A DNA stretch of 64,000 nt from an uncultured Gemmatimonadales bacterium (GCA_963798915.1 CAWCVB010000006.1:416001-480000), one strand, 5' to 3'. Positions 30,130 through 40,259 are shown, numbered from the stretch's first letter. Notes: generated from the sequence alone by a model not told the origin. Numbers and translations: made by a program.

Positions 30130-31385
30130 GCATCGGCGTCCCGCATCGCCTGTTCCGGGCCATTGGCGAGGGCGTGTCCATCGCGCTCGATGCTCTCCGG
30201 TCCAACAAGCTTCGCAGCGCCCTCACCATTCTTGGGGTGGTCATCGGCGTGACGACGGTGATGGCCATGGCCAGCATCGTGCAGGGCGTGCGCTCGCAGA
30301 TTCTCAACAGCGTCGAAGTGGCCGGCCCGACCACGTTCTACGTCATGCGCTACTGGTCGCAGACACCGGTCGACCCGAACAACCTGCCATACGAAGTGCG
30401 CATCCGTCCGGTGCTGCGCTCCAGTGACGTCGCCGCCATCCGTCCCCTCACCGAGATCCGCTACGCCGGGCTCTGGGTCCAGATCTTCGAGCGCATTGAA
30501 TACCAGGGCAGCCGGACCCAGGTGATGACCATCTTTGCCGGCGACGACCACTACATGGACGTCCAAGGCGGCACCCTGCTTCGCGGGCGATTTTTCACCC
30601 GGGGAGAGCTTTCGGGCGATCCCGTGACGGTGCTGGAGCAGGAGGTGGCGACCAGGCTGTTCGGACGGATCGACCCCCTGGGGAAGATCGTCCGAATCGG
30701 TGGGAAGGCCCTGCGGGTGATCGGCATCTACGCCAAGCCGGACAATATCTTCGAGCCTCCGACACAGGAGATTGGCGCCATCATCCCCTACCAGATGGCC
30801 CGGCATAATTACCGCTACGATGAGACCAATGCCCTCTTCATCATCGTCAAGCCGAGGGACGGCGTTGCGGCCGACGTAGCGATGGACGTGGTGACTGCCG
30901 GCATCCGACGCGCCCGCGGTCTTCGGCCGGGAATGCCCAATACGTTTGACCTGATCGGCCAGGACAAGATCCTCGAGACGGTCAACAGCCTCACGTCCGT
31001 GTTCTTTCTGGTGATGGTGGCCCTTTCCAGTGTTGGGCTACTGGTGGGCGGCATCGGCGTCATGGCCATCATGATGGTATCGGTGACCAGCCGCACCCGG
31101 GAAATCGGACTTCGCAAGGCCCTGGGCGCCACGCGCCGGGAGATTCTCTGGCAATTCCTGGTCGAGGCCGCCACGCTCACCCTCACGGGCGGGCTGCTTG
31201 GCATTCTGCTCGGGATGGCGACGGGAGAAATTCTCAAGCGCGTGTTGGGCCTGGAGTCGTCGGTGCCGCTCTGGAGCGCCTTCGTGGCCACGGGAGTGAG
31301 CGTTGGCATCGGGCTGGTCTTCGGTCTCTTCCCGGCCAACCGTGCCGCCAGGATGGATCCGGTGGAGGCGTTGAGGTATGAGTAG
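30126..31385 (+). CDS. MacB/FtsX-type ABC permease (type B')
   Basis: GGIGVMAIMMVSVTSRTREIG; ends MDPVEALRYE. Confidence 0.93.
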   Translation: MSIGVPHRLFRAIGEGVSIALDALRSNKLRSALTILGVVIGVTTVMAMASIVQGVRSQILNSVEVAGPTTFYVMRYWSQTPVDPNNLPYEVRIRPVLRSSDVAAIRPLTEIRYAGLWVQIFERIEYQGSRTQVMTIFAGDDHYMDVQGGTLLRGRFFTRGELSGDPVTVLEQEVATRLFGRIDPLGKIVRIGGKALRVIGIYAKPDNIFEPPTQEIGAIIPYQMARHNYRYDETNALFIIVKPRDGVAADVAMDVVTAGIRRARGLRPGMPNTFDLIGQDKILETVNSLTSVFFLVMVALSSVGLLVGGIGVMAIMMVSVTSRTREIGLRKALGATRREILWQFLVEAATLTLTGGLLGILLGMATGEILKRVLGLESSVPLWSAFVATGVSVGIGLVFGLFPANRAARMDPVEALRYE

Positions 31386-31484
31386 ACGGCTAGACGGCTA
31401 GACGGCTAGACGGCTAGTTTGCACGAGCAGAACTTCCTTGATCGAACCACAGGCCATCTAACCGTCCAGCCGCCCAGCCACCTA
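31383..31484. repeat. 4x TAGACGGC tandem repeat plus degenerate inverted arm
   Basis: Four perfect 8-mers at 31383-31414, then gccatcta accgtcca gccgccca gccaccta at 31453-31484. Confidence 0.9.
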
Positions 31485-31486
31485 TC

Positions 31487-32203
31487 GTGCCTACCGACCT
31501 CCTTGCCATCGCCGCCCACCGAGATGACGTCGAACTCACCTGCGGCGGCACGCTCATTCGTGCTATCGACCAGGGGTATACCGCCGGTATTCTCGACCTG
31601 ACTGCCGGCGAAACCGGCACGCGCGGCAGTGCGGACCTCCGGGCCCGGGAGGCCGACGAAGCGGCGCGCGTGATGGGTGTCGCAGAGCGGCGGAATGCTG
31701 GGCTGCCCGATGCGCATCTCGCGAACACCGATGCCATGAGGCGCGTGGTGGTCGAGGCGATCCGCCATTTTCAGCCTCGCACCGTGATCCTCCCCTTCCC
31801 CGTCGGCCGGCACCCTGACCACCGGGTGGCCTCCGACCTGGCGCGCGACGCGTGCTTCCTCGCCGGACTCGGGAAGTACGATGCCGACGGGGAGCCCCAC
31901 CGGCCGGACAAGATTCTCTATGCGCTCGCCTATCGGGAAGACCCGGTCAAGCCAACGTTCGTCGTCGATATCAGTGAGCAATTCGACCGAAAACTGCAGG
32001 CCATCCGGTGCTACGCGAGCCAGTTCGATGGAGCGCTGGCCGCCGGCGAGATCTTCCCCACCGGTCAAGACCTCTACTCTCTGGTGGACACTCAGTGCCG
32101 CCACTACGGGTCACTGATCCGGCGGCCTCATGGCGAACCGTTCTTCACGCATGAGACGATGCTGGTCGATGATGTGGTGGCATTGGGCGTGAGAAGCATG
32201 TAG
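31487..32203 (+). CDS. bshB1: Bacillithiol biosynthesis deacetylase BshB1 (PIG-L family)
   Basis: AHRDDVELTCGGT, DLTAGETGTRG, RHPDH, ACFLAGL and YASQF. Confidence 0.85.
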   Translation: MPTDLLAIAAHRDDVELTCGGTLIRAIDQGYTAGILDLTAGETGTRGSADLRAREADEAARVMGVAERRNAGLPDAHLANTDAMRRVVVEAIRHFQPRTVILPFPVGRHPDHRVASDLARDACFLAGLGKYDADGEPHRPDKILYALAYREDPVKPTFVVDISEQFDRKLQAIRCYASQFDGALAAGEIFPTGQDLYSLVDTQCRHYGSLIRRPHGEPFFTHETMLVDDVVALGVRSM

Positions 32204-32206
32204 GAG

Positions 32207-32256
32207 GGTCATCGGCCATCAGTCATCAGACGGCCGAACATTGATGGCCGACGACC
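32207..32256. repeat. 7-bp repeat hairpin after the bshB1 stop
   Basis: gtcatcg gccatca gtcatca followed by the inverted tgatggc cgacgac. Confidence 0.7.
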
Positions 32257-32292
32257 TATCTCGATGGCCCGTCACGAGTTATCTTCTACGCT

Positions 32293-33468
32293 ATGGCCAA
32301 GAGCATCTATCTCGACTACGCCGCCACGACTCCGGTGCGTCCGGAGGTATTGGAGGCGATGCTGCCGTATCTCGGTCGTGAGACCTTCGGTAATCCGTCC
32401 AGCGGCCACCGCTTCGGTCGCGCTGCCCGGGCGGGCCTGGAGCAGGCCCGCCGTGAAGTGGCCGCGGCGGTTGAGGCCGAGCCAAGCCAGGTCATCTTCA
32501 CCTCGGGTGGCACGGAAGCGGACAACCTCGCCGTGATCGGCTCGGCGCTGGCAGCCCGGGACCGTGGCGACCCGATGACGGTGTGCGTATCGGCCATCGA
32601 GCATAAGGCCATCCTCGCCGCCGCACATCATGTCGCTCACCTGGGCGGGACAGAAATCATTCTGCCGGTGGGCTCGGACGGCATACTCGAGCCGGAGCCA
32701 CTGGCGCGGGCACTGGACGAACGGCCTGCTGTCGTCTCTGTCATGTGGGTCAACAACGAGACCGGCGTCATCCAGCCCATCCCGGACATTGCAGCGCGAT
32801 GCTGTGCCGCCGGCGCCCGGCTCCACACCGACGCCGTGCAGGCGTTCGGCAAGATCCCGGTGTCGCTGAAGGATGCCGATTGCGCCTTCCTGACCATCTC
32901 CGGGCACAAGATTGGCGCACCCAAGGGCATCGGCGCCTTTGTGGTTCGCGAGCGAAGGACGGTGGAGGCAATCATTCACGGGGGCGGCCAGCAGTTCGGC
33001 ATCCGCCCGGGCACGGAGAACGTGGCCGGCGCGGTTGCGCTCGCCACCGCGGCCCGCCTGGCGGTGGCCGAGATGGACGAGGAACGTCGTCGCCTCACCA
33101 GGCTGCGGGACGGCCTGCTCGCGCGGCTGCGAGCCGCCGTGCCGGACCTGATGGTCCCCGCCGAGCATGGTCCGCGTGCCGCCCACATCCTCTCGGTCTG
33201 CGTGCCCGGCGCTGACAGCGAGGCGCTGCTGATGCACCTGGACCTGGCCGGTGTGGCGGTCTCCGGCGGAAGTGCCTGCTCCACCGGTGCCATCGAGCCG
33301 TCGCATGTGCTCGTGGCGCTTGGCGTTCCCCGCGAGCTTGCCCTCGGCGCCATCCGCTTCAGTTTTGGTCATGATACGACGGACGCTGATGTTGACCAGG
33401 CCGCCGCCGTGTTCCCGAGCGTGGTTGCCAAGGTCCGAAAGCTGGCGGGAGTGCTGGGACGTGCGTAG
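32293..33468 (+). CDS. iscS: Cysteine desulfurase (IscS/NifS group I, YrvO-like context)
   Basis: [27 protein letters not shown] (PLP Lys) and GSACS. Confidence 0.92.
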   Translation: MAKSIYLDYAATTPVRPEVLEAMLPYLGRETFGNPSSGHRFGRAARAGLEQARREVAAAVEAEPSQVIFTSGGTEADNLAVIGSALAARDRGDPMTVCVSAIEHKAILAAAHHVAHLGGTEIILPVGSDGILEPEPLARALDERPAVVSVMWVNNETGVIQPIPDIAARCCAAGARLHTDAVQAFGKIPVSLKDADCAFLTISGHKIGAPKGIGAFVVRERRTVEAIIHGGGQQFGIRPGTENVAGAVALATAARLAVAEMDEERRRLTRLRDGLLARLRAAVPDLMVPAEHGPRAAHILSVCVPGADSEALLMHLDLAGVAVSGGSACSTGAIEPSHVLVALGVPRELALGAIRFSFGHDTTDADVDQAAAVFPSVVAKVRKLAGVLGRA

Positions 33469-34519
33469 CAAGGTGCTGGTCGCCATGAGCGGCGGCGTTG
33501 ACAGCTCGGTCGCGGCAGCGCGCCTGGTGGACGAGGGTCATGACGTCATCGGCGCCACCATGAAGCTGTTCTGCTACGGTGACTCGGTGCCGGATCGCCC
33601 CTGCTGCTCGCTCGATTCCATCAACGATGCGCGCGACGTGGCGCATCGACTGGGCATTCCGCACTACGTGCTCAACCTCGAGGATCGGTTTGGCCAGGAC
33701 GTCATCGGCAATTTCGTGGCCGAGTACAGCCGTGGCCGAACCCCGATTCCCTGCGTCCGCTGCAACTCCTTCACCAAGTTTCGTGACCTGCTGGCCCACG
33801 CTGATGCACTCGGATGCGACGCGATCGCCACGGGCCATTACGCGATTGCCCGCGAGGGTGCGCTCTACCGCGGAGCGGATCGCGGGAAGGACCAGAGCTA
33901 TTTCCTCTGGGGCATTGATCGGGCGGTAGTGGCGCGGATGCTGACGCCGGTGGGTGGCCTGGACAAAGCCGAGACCCGGGCGCTTGCCCGGCGACTTGGC
34001 CTCGGAACCGCCGATAAGCCGGAATCAGTGGAAATCTGCTTCGTGCCCGACGACAACTACATTGCCGTGCTCGAGGATCATCTGCCGGCGAATGCGCCGG
34101 CGCTCGCACCCGGACCGCTGGTCACGACGTCCGGCGACGTCATTGGTGAGCACCGGGGATTCGCCCGGTTCACCATCGGGCAGCGTCGCGGCCTGCCAGG
34201 CGGTGCGGCAGACCCGCGTTATGTCGTGGCGATCCGTCCGGCAACGCGGGAGGTGGTGGTGGGCGGGCTGGACGAGCTGGCGGGCTGGACGGTGACCCTG
34301 GACGAGGTGAACTGGCTGGCCGGACCGCTGCGCAACGGGGACACCTGCCTCGTGCAGGTTCGTTATCGCGCCCGAGCTGTGCCGGCGCGCGTGGAGTCCA
34401 CCGACCACGGCCAGGTGGCGCTTTCGTTGCTGGAGCCGGTTCGTGCCATAGCGCCCGGTCAGTCGGGCGTGCTCTACGACACCGACGACCGGGTGCTCGG
34501 CGGCGGGGTCATCGCATGA
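33461..34519 (+). CDS. mnmA: tRNA 2-thiouridylase MnmA
   Basis: [39 protein letters not shown] and APGQ. GTG start overlaps the desulfurase. Confidence 0.95.
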   Translation: MRSKVLVAMSGGVDSSVAAARLVDEGHDVIGATMKLFCYGDSVPDRPCCSLDSINDARDVAHRLGIPHYVLNLEDRFGQDVIGNFVAEYSRGRTPIPCVRCNSFTKFRDLLAHADALGCDAIATGHYAIAREGALYRGADRGKDQSYFLWGIDRAVVARMLTPVGGLDKAETRALARRLGLGTADKPESVEICFVPDDNYIAVLEDHLPANAPALAPGPLVTTSGDVIGEHRGFARFTIGQRRGLPGGAADPRYVVAIRPATREVVVGGLDELAGWTVTLDEVNWLAGPLRNGDTCLVQVRYRARAVPARVESTDHGQVALSLLEPVRAIAPGQSGVLYDTDDRVLGGGVIA

Positions 34520-34559
34520 AGTACTGGGCAAGGACAATGCTCGCATTGGTGGGGGATCA

Positions 34560-36578
34560 ATGAGCTGGCGATCGGTCCAGCTCCTCTTGCTTGTGGCCCT
34601 GGCTTGGCCAACAACAGCTGCGGCACAGCGCAAGGCGATGAGCATCGACGACTTCCTGTCGCTTCGCAGTGCCAGCGACCCGCACATCTCCCCCGACGGA
34701 CGCTGGGTGGCCTTTACGGTCTCGCAGCCCGCACTCGATCGCAATGGCAACGTCACTCGCATCTGGGTCGTGGGCACATCGGGTGGTGACGCCCGACAAG
34801 TGACCGATGGTGCCGGGATAGAATGGTCGCCCCGCTGGTCGCCCGACGGGACGGCGCTCGCGTTTGTCTCGACGCGCCAAGGCGGTGCCCAGATCTGGCG
34901 TGCCGGTCCCATGGGCGAGGACCCCAGGAAGCTCACTACCATCGCCAGCGGGGTATCCGATTTTCAGTGGTCGCCCGACGGCCGCTCGATCTACCTGACC
35001 AGCGATATCAAGTGGCCTGGCGTTCAGGAAGTCGATCGGCGCAACGGCGCCTATCCGACCGACGCACGCATCTGGGATCAGCTGCTCTACCGCCATTGGG
35101 ACGAATGGCGCACTGGCACGCGGTCCCACCTGTTCCGGCTCGCTCTCGGCAATGGCCGCGTTCTCGATGTGACCCCGATCGATCGGGATGTCCCACCGAT
35201 CGCGCTCGGGGGCCATGACATCGCGCTCTCGGCCCTGGGAACCGAGGTCGCCATCGTCTACAATCCGGACTCGATGGTAGCGACATCCACCAACAACGAT
35301 GTATGGGTCATGGGACCGGACGGCAGTTCGCGACAGGCGGTGACAACCAATCCGGCCAATGATCACAGTCCGGCCTACTCCCCCGATGGGCGGTGGCTCG
35401 CCTATCTGGCGCAGAGCATTCCGGGCTTCGAGTCGGACCGCACCCGCATCATGCTGTACGAGCGCGCCAACGGCCGGCACCAGGCGCTGACTGACAACTG
35501 GGACCGCAGCGTCGGGGCCATTCACTGGACGCCCGACAGTCGCACCATCGTCGCCGAGACGCAGGAGGCCGGCGAAGGCAGGATCTTCGGTGTCAACACC
35601 GAGAGCGGGCGCCCTTCCCTCCTGGTATCAGGCGGAGTGAACAGTCAAGTGGATGTCTCACCGGACGGCACCTTCTTCGTGTTTGTGCGCCAGACAAGCG
35701 CCACGCCCCCGGAGATCTGGCGGGCTGACATGAGCGGCCGCGGACTACGGCAACTCTCGCACCTCAACGACCGCGCGATTGCCGAGTTTTCGCTCCAGCC
35801 TGCGGAGTCGTTCCGGTTCCAGGGTGCCCAGGGTGACCAGGTGGCTGGATGGATCATCAAGCCGCCCGGCTTCGACCCCTCCAAGCGGTATCCGCTGCTC
35901 TACCTGGTGCATGGCGGGCCCCAGGGCGCGTGGCTCGACGAATGGAATCCGCGCTGGAACTACCAGATGTTTGCTGCCCGAGGCTACGTCGTCGCGGCCG
36001 TGAACTTTCATGGCTCGACCGGCTACGGGCAGAGCTTCACCAACAGCATCTCGCGCAACTGGGGCGGACTGCCGTACGAGGACCTGATGGCAGGGCTGGA
36101 TTACATGGCGCGTCAGCCCTATGTCGATTCCCTGCGCATGGGTGCCGCCGGCGCGTCATACGGTGGCTACATGATCTACTGGATGGCGGGACATACCAGC
36201 CGGTTCAAGGCGCTGCTGGCGCATGATGGCGTTTTCAACCCCCTGGCCATGGCGGGATCGACCGACGAACTCTGGTTTCCCGACTGGGAGTTTGGCGGGA
36301 GCCTGCTCTCCGGAACCGGCAGGAGCACCATGGAAAAATGGTCCCCGGCCAACTACGTGACTCGGTGGTCAACACCCATGCTCATCGTCCACAGTCAGCT
36401 GGATTACCGGCTGGACCTCTCTGAGGGGTTACAGGCGTTCACCGCGCTCCGGCTCCGTGGCGTGCCGGCAAAGTTTCTCTACTTCCCCGATGAAGGGCAC
36501 TGGGTGACGAAGCCGCGCAACCGCCGGCTCTGGTGGGGAGTAACGCTGGACTGGTTTGATCGGTGGCTGAAGGGCTGA
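34560..36578 (+). CDS. S9 family (prolyl oligopeptidase/dipeptidyl peptidase-like) exported peptidase
   Basis: Signal peptide, PD40-like WSPDG repeats, HGGPQ, GASYGG, DYR and DEGH. Confidence 0.93.
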   Translation: MSWRSVQLLLLVALAWPTTAAAQRKAMSIDDFLSLRSASDPHISPDGRWVAFTVSQPALDRNGNVTRIWVVGTSGGDARQVTDGAGIEWSPRWSPDGTALAFVSTRQGGAQIWRAGPMGEDPRKLTTIASGVSDFQWSPDGRSIYLTSDIKWPGVQEVDRRNGAYPTDARIWDQLLYRHWDEWRTGTRSHLFRLALGNGRVLDVTPIDRDVPPIALGGHDIALSALGTEVAIVYNPDSMVATSTNNDVWVMGPDGSSRQAVTTNPANDHSPAYSPDGRWLAYLAQSIPGFESDRTRIMLYERANGRHQALTDNWDRSVGAIHWTPDSRTIVAETQEAGEGRIFGVNTESGRPSLLVSGGVNSQVDVSPDGTFFVFVRQTSATPPEIWRADMSGRGLRQLSHLNDRAIAEFSLQPAESFRFQGAQGDQVAGWIIKPPGFDPSKRYPLLYLVHGGPQGAWLDEWNPRWNYQMFAARGYVVAAVNFHGSTGYGQSFTNSISRNWGGLPYEDLMAGLDYMARQPYVDSLRMGAAGASYGGYMIYWMAGHTSRFKALLAHDGVFNPLAMAGSTDELWFPDWEFGGSLLSGTGRSTMEKWSPANYVTRWSTPMLIVHSQLDYRLDLSEGLQAFTALRLRGVPAKFLYFPDEGHWVTKPRNRRLWWGVTLDWFDRWLKG

Positions 36579-36607
36579 AAGCTGAGGGCAGAAAACTGAG
36601 AGCCGCA
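36573..36607 (+). repeat. Degenerate 7-bp tandem repeat starting at the S9 stop codon
   Basis: ggctgaa agctgag ggcagaa aactgag agccgca. Confidence 0.6.
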
Positions 36608-36649
36608 TACTGATGATGCGTTTACCGTTCGGGCTTCCGCATTCAGCGC

Positions 36650-37732
36650 TTAATTCCCCATCCCAGCTTTCTCCGCAAACACCTTCAGCGCGTCTTCAGC
36701 TTCGGGGGAAAGCTTCTCCGGCAAGGAGACGGCGATCTCCACGAGCTGGTCACCCTTGCGGCCATTTTTCTCGATGCCCTGACCCTTCATGCGGAATTTC
36801 CGTCCCGGCTGTGTGCCGGCCGGAACGCGGAGGATCACCTTCTTGCCGTCCAGGGTGCGCACCTTGAGTCGGGTGCCCAAGGTGGCCTGTACCATGTTGA
36901 TGGGAACTTCGCAGAGAATATCCAGTCCATCGCGATGGAAGAATCGATCGGGCTGCACCTGGAACGTGATGACCAGGTCACCGGCCGGCGCTCCGCCGGG
37001 TCCCGCCTCGCCCTGCCCCTTGAGCCGCACCTTGGAGCCCGACTCGGTCGCCGATGGAACGGTGATCATGATGCGACGCTCGGTGCGGACTTCGCCTGCG
37101 CCGTGACATGTGGGGCATGGGGTGGAGGGGATCTTGCCCCGGCCCCGGCAGCGCGGACAGGGCCTGTTTACGGTGAAGCTGCCCTGCCCAAAGGCGATGG
37201 TGCCGCGGCCGTGGCACTCAGGACAGGTCGAGACCGTGGCACCGGGTGCCGCGCCACTCCCATGGCAGGTGGGGCACGATTCCGTGACCGGCAGGGTGAC
37301 CGGGACCTTGCCGCCCATCGCAGCCACCCGAAACGGAATTTCCACGACCGCCTCGAGGCTGTCGCCCCGCGCCTGCTGCTGGCGGCCACGGCCAAAGATC
37401 GAACTGAAGATGTCGCCGAGTCCGAAGCCGCTGATGTCGTTGAAGTCGAACTCCGGGCCCGGCTGGCCGGCGGTGCCGGCGGTGCCACCACGCCGTGGCC
37501 CCTGCTCGAAGGCGCCGAGGCGCCGCATCTGGTCGTACTGCTTCCGCTTGTCGGCGTCCGACAGTGTCGCATGTGCCTCGGATATTTCCTTGAAGCGTTC
37601 CGAGGCCTGCGGATTATCGGGATTGGCATCCGGATGGTACTGCTTGGCCAGTCGGCGATAGGCCTTCTTGATGTCAGCAGCGCTCGCCGAGTCGGGCACG
37701 CCGAGCACCTGGTAGAAGTCCTTTGCAGCCAC
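36650..37732 (-). CDS. dnaJ: Molecular chaperone DnaJ
   Basis: KDFYQVLGV, HPD, four CxxCxGxG motifs and GTQPG. GTG start at 37732. Confidence 0.95.
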   Translation of the reverse strand: MAAKDFYQVLGVPDSASAADIKKAYRRLAKQYHPDANPDNPQASERFKEISEAHATLSDADKRKQYDQMRRLGAFEQGPRRGGTAGTAGQPGPEFDFNDISGFGLGDIFSSIFGRGRQQQARGDSLEAVVEIPFRVAAMGGKVPVTLPVTESCPTCHGSGAAPGATVSTCPECHGRGTIAFGQGSFTVNRPCPRCRGRGKIPSTPCPTCHGAGEVRTERRIMITVPSATESGSKVRLKGQGEAGPGGAPAGDLVITFQVQPDRFFHRDGLDILCEVPINMVQATLGTRLKVRTLDGKKVILRVPAGTQPGRKFRMKGQGIEKNGRKGDQLVEIAVSLPEKLSPEAEDALKVFAEKAGMGN

Positions 37733-37733
37733 G

Positions 37734-38288
37734 TCAGTCCGGCTCCTGCTCCGAATAAACCTGTACTCGCGCGGGCCGGACCAGCGTTCCCTTGAAGAGA
37801 TAGCCGGGCTGGAAGGTGGCGCTGACCAGGTGGGCCTGGTCGGGCGCCGGCGCTGGCGTGGTCGAGACGGCTTCATGCACGGCGGGATTGAAGGCCTGCC
37901 CCGCGGGATCGACCCGCTCGACGCCAGCCGCCTCGAGCTCCTTGCGGAGCTTGCGGTCGATCAGGGTCGCCGCATCGCGAAAGCTCTCCGCCGAGGCTTG
38001 ATTGTCGGTTGCCACCAGCCGGTCGAGATCATCAAGCACGTCGAGCAGGCGGCCGATGAACGTCGCCTGGGCCCGATCGAACAATTCGGTCCGCTCGCGC
38101 GCAATCCGCTTCTTGTAATTGTCGAATTCTGCCGCCAGGCGGAGATGACGATCGCGGGCGGCGCCGAGCTCGCGCTCCATGCGCTGCACGGCCTGTTCCG
38201 GCGGCTCGACAGGCAGATTGCTGCCTTCTGCCTCGCGCTCGTCGGCGGTGGCGGCCCGGGCCTGGTCGGTTCTGGGATCGTCCTGCAC
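37734..38288 (-). CDS. grpE: Nucleotide exchange factor GrpE
   Basis: LRLAAEFDNYKKR, FNPAVHEAV and PGY-LVRPARV. GAGGAG precedes GTG 38288. Confidence 0.93.
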   Translation of the reverse strand: MQDDPRTDQARAATADEREAEGSNLPVEPPEQAVQRMERELGAARDRHLRLAAEFDNYKKRIARERTELFDRAQATFIGRLLDVLDDLDRLVATDNQASAESFRDAATLIDRKLRKELEAAGVERVDPAGQAFNPAVHEAVSTTPAPAPDQAHLVSATFQPGYLFKGTLVRPARVQVYSEQEPD

Positions 38289-38310
38289 GATGCTCCTCGT
38301 GGTTATGCTG

Positions 38311-39600
38311 TCACTGCAAGATAACAGCGCCCCGGCTGCCACCCGCGGCCTCACGGTTCTCCAGGCGCTGGCGCAGCAGCCGCAGCCCCGCCTGCGCCGC
38401 ACGCGCGCGGATCTCGACGCGCGACCCGCCGAACATCATCCTGCTCGTCTCGGTCCCACCCGCCGCGCTGGTGGCAAACCAGACCGTCCCGACTGGCTTG
38501 TCGGCCGTCCCTCCGGCAGGGCCGGCGATGCCGGTTATGGAGACGGCCAAGCCGGCGCCAAAGTTTCGCCGTGCTCCCTCTGCCATGGCACGCGCCACCG
38601 CTTCGCTCACGGCACCTTCAGTCTCGAGCAGCGCCGGCGGCACGCCCAGCGCGGTTTCCTTGACCTGGTTCGCGTAGGCCACCACTCCGCCGACGAAGAC
38701 GTCAGATGCGCCCGGGACGGCCGTGAGTCGGGCGCCCAGCAACCCGCCGGTGCAGGATTCGGCGACCGCGAGGCGGATGCCCTTCTCGCGAGCCATCTCG
38801 AGGACCGAAGCGGCCAGGTCAGCCTCGTCCTCGCCATAGACGGCGCTGGCAACTCGCTTGCGCAGGTCCGCCATTGCGGCGGCCAACCTGGCCGTCGCGT
38901 CATGCGCCGGGAGGTTCCATGCGGTCACCCGCAAGTCCACGCCATCGGCACCGGGCAGGTACGCCAGGGTGAGGGGCGCAATCGATTCCTCGATGGGCCC
39001 GACCGCTTCGGCGAGGGTACTCTCGGGTACCCCGGTGGTGCGAAGCGTGCGGCTCCGCACTACGACATCCCCCGCCAGCCGGCGCAGCCTGGGCAGGACC
39101 TCGTGCTCGAGCAGCATCCGCATCTCGAGCGGGACACCCGGAAGCATGATGACCAGTCCACCGCCGGCCAGCGGCGGCACCTCGAGCCACAGGCCCGGCG
39201 CGGTGCCCCAGCGATTGGGCAGCACCGTGGCGCCGGCGGGCACCTCCGCCTGCGAGCGGTTCGATTCGGCCGGCACCCGCCCGAAATGGCGGTAGCGCGC
39301 CTGCACCTGCTCCCACGCTTCCTCGTCGAACCGGAGCGGCAGGCCGAGGCGAGCGGCGACGGCGGTCTTGGTCATGTCGTCGCGGGTCGGCCCCAGTCCG
39401 CCGGTCGTAAGGACAGCCCCGGTTCGCCTGAGCGCGTCCACCACTTCCTCCGCGATAGCGTCGGCGTCATCCCCGACCGTGGAGCGATGCACCACGCGAA
39501 CGCCGGCCGCAGCCAGGGCGCGGGACACCTCGACCGCGTTGGTGTCCGGCACCTGGCCCAGCAGGAGTTCATTGCCGATGGTCAGCAGTTCGATACGCAC
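38311..39600 (-). CDS. cinA: Competence/damage-inducible protein A (MoCF + PncC domains)
   Basis: IGNELLLG, TGGLGPTRDD, AESCTGG and ITGIAGP. Confidence 0.94.
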   Translation of the reverse strand: MRIELLTIGNELLLGQVPDTNAVEVSRALAAAGVRVVHRSTVGDDADAIAEEVVDALRRTGAVLTTGGLGPTRDDMTKTAVAARLGLPLRFDEEAWEQVQARYRHFGRVPAESNRSQAEVPAGATVLPNRWGTAPGLWLEVPPLAGGGLVIMLPGVPLEMRMLLEHEVLPRLRRLAGDVVVRSRTLRTTGVPESTLAEAVGPIEESIAPLTLAYLPGADGVDLRVTAWNLPAHDATARLAAAMADLRKRVASAVYGEDEADLAASVLEMAREKGIRLAVAESCTGGLLGARLTAVPGASDVFVGGVVAYANQVKETALGVPPALLETEGAVSEAVARAMAEGARRNFGAGLAVSITGIAGPAGGTADKPVGTVWFATSAAGGTETSRMMFGGSRVEIRARAAQAGLRLLRQRLENREAAGGSRGAVILQ

Positions 39601-39618
39601 GGAGCTTCCGGGAGCCGC

Positions 39619-40251
39619 TCAGCGCTGCGACAACAGGCGCCGATAGCGATAGATGTAGACGAGAAAGGAGTAGATGGTGAGCGCGGTGGCGATGGCCAGG
39701 ACGATCGTGACAAAAGTGCCATGGAAGGTGTTCCAGAAGTCAGCCAGCCGACTGTGGTCCCAGCCGAGCGGCCGACGGGCATCGCGAAAGGCAAACCAGA
39801 GAATGATGGCGCCGACGAAGATGTTCTGGAATACCGTCTTCAGCTTGCCCGCGTTTCCCGCCGGAATGACCACACCGCGGCGCTTGGCCCACCAGCGAAA
39901 CCCGGTCATGGCGAGTTCCCGGCCGATGAGCAGGACGCACACCCACAGGGGAATGCTGCCCCAGATGGGGATGTCGTAGAGATCGTGCCGCTGGCGCGAG
40001 ATGAAGTAGATGGGGATCAGGGTCGCAAAGAGGAGCAGCTTGTCGGCAATGGGATCGAGCAGCTTGCCCAGGTCGGTCACCTGGTTCCACCGCCTGGCCA
40101 GGTAGCCGTCGAAGAGGTCGCTGATGGCCGCAAGGATGAAGATGATGAAGCAGGTCACCTTGGGCCAGTAGCCCTCGATGAACGGCAGCAGCGCGATCAC
40201 CGGCGTGAAGCAGATGCGGACGATCGTGATGATGTTCGGTAGCGTCCACAT
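39619..40251 (-). CDS. pgsA: CDP-alcohol phosphatidyltransferase (PgsA-like)
   Basis: TLPNIIT and DLFDGYLAR...GKLLDPIADK. Confidence 0.88.
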   Translation of the reverse strand: MWTLPNIITIVRICFTPVIALLPFIEGYWPKVTCFIIFILAAISDLFDGYLARRWNQVTDLGKLLDPIADKLLLFATLIPIYFISRQRHDLYDIPIWGSIPLWVCVLLIGRELAMTGFRWWAKRRGVVIPAGNAGKLKTVFQNIFVGAIILWFAFRDARRPLGWDHSRLADFWNTFHGTFVTIVLAIATALTIYSFLVYIYRYRRLLSQR

Positions 40252-40259
40252 GACGCAGC

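Noticed and set aside
28795..31484. Possible CRISPR array
   Set aside because: The units are 8 bp and contiguous, with no spacers and no cas genes.
36650..38288. grpE-dnaJ without dnaK
   Set aside because: Split chaperone operons are common, and dnaK is probably elsewhere.
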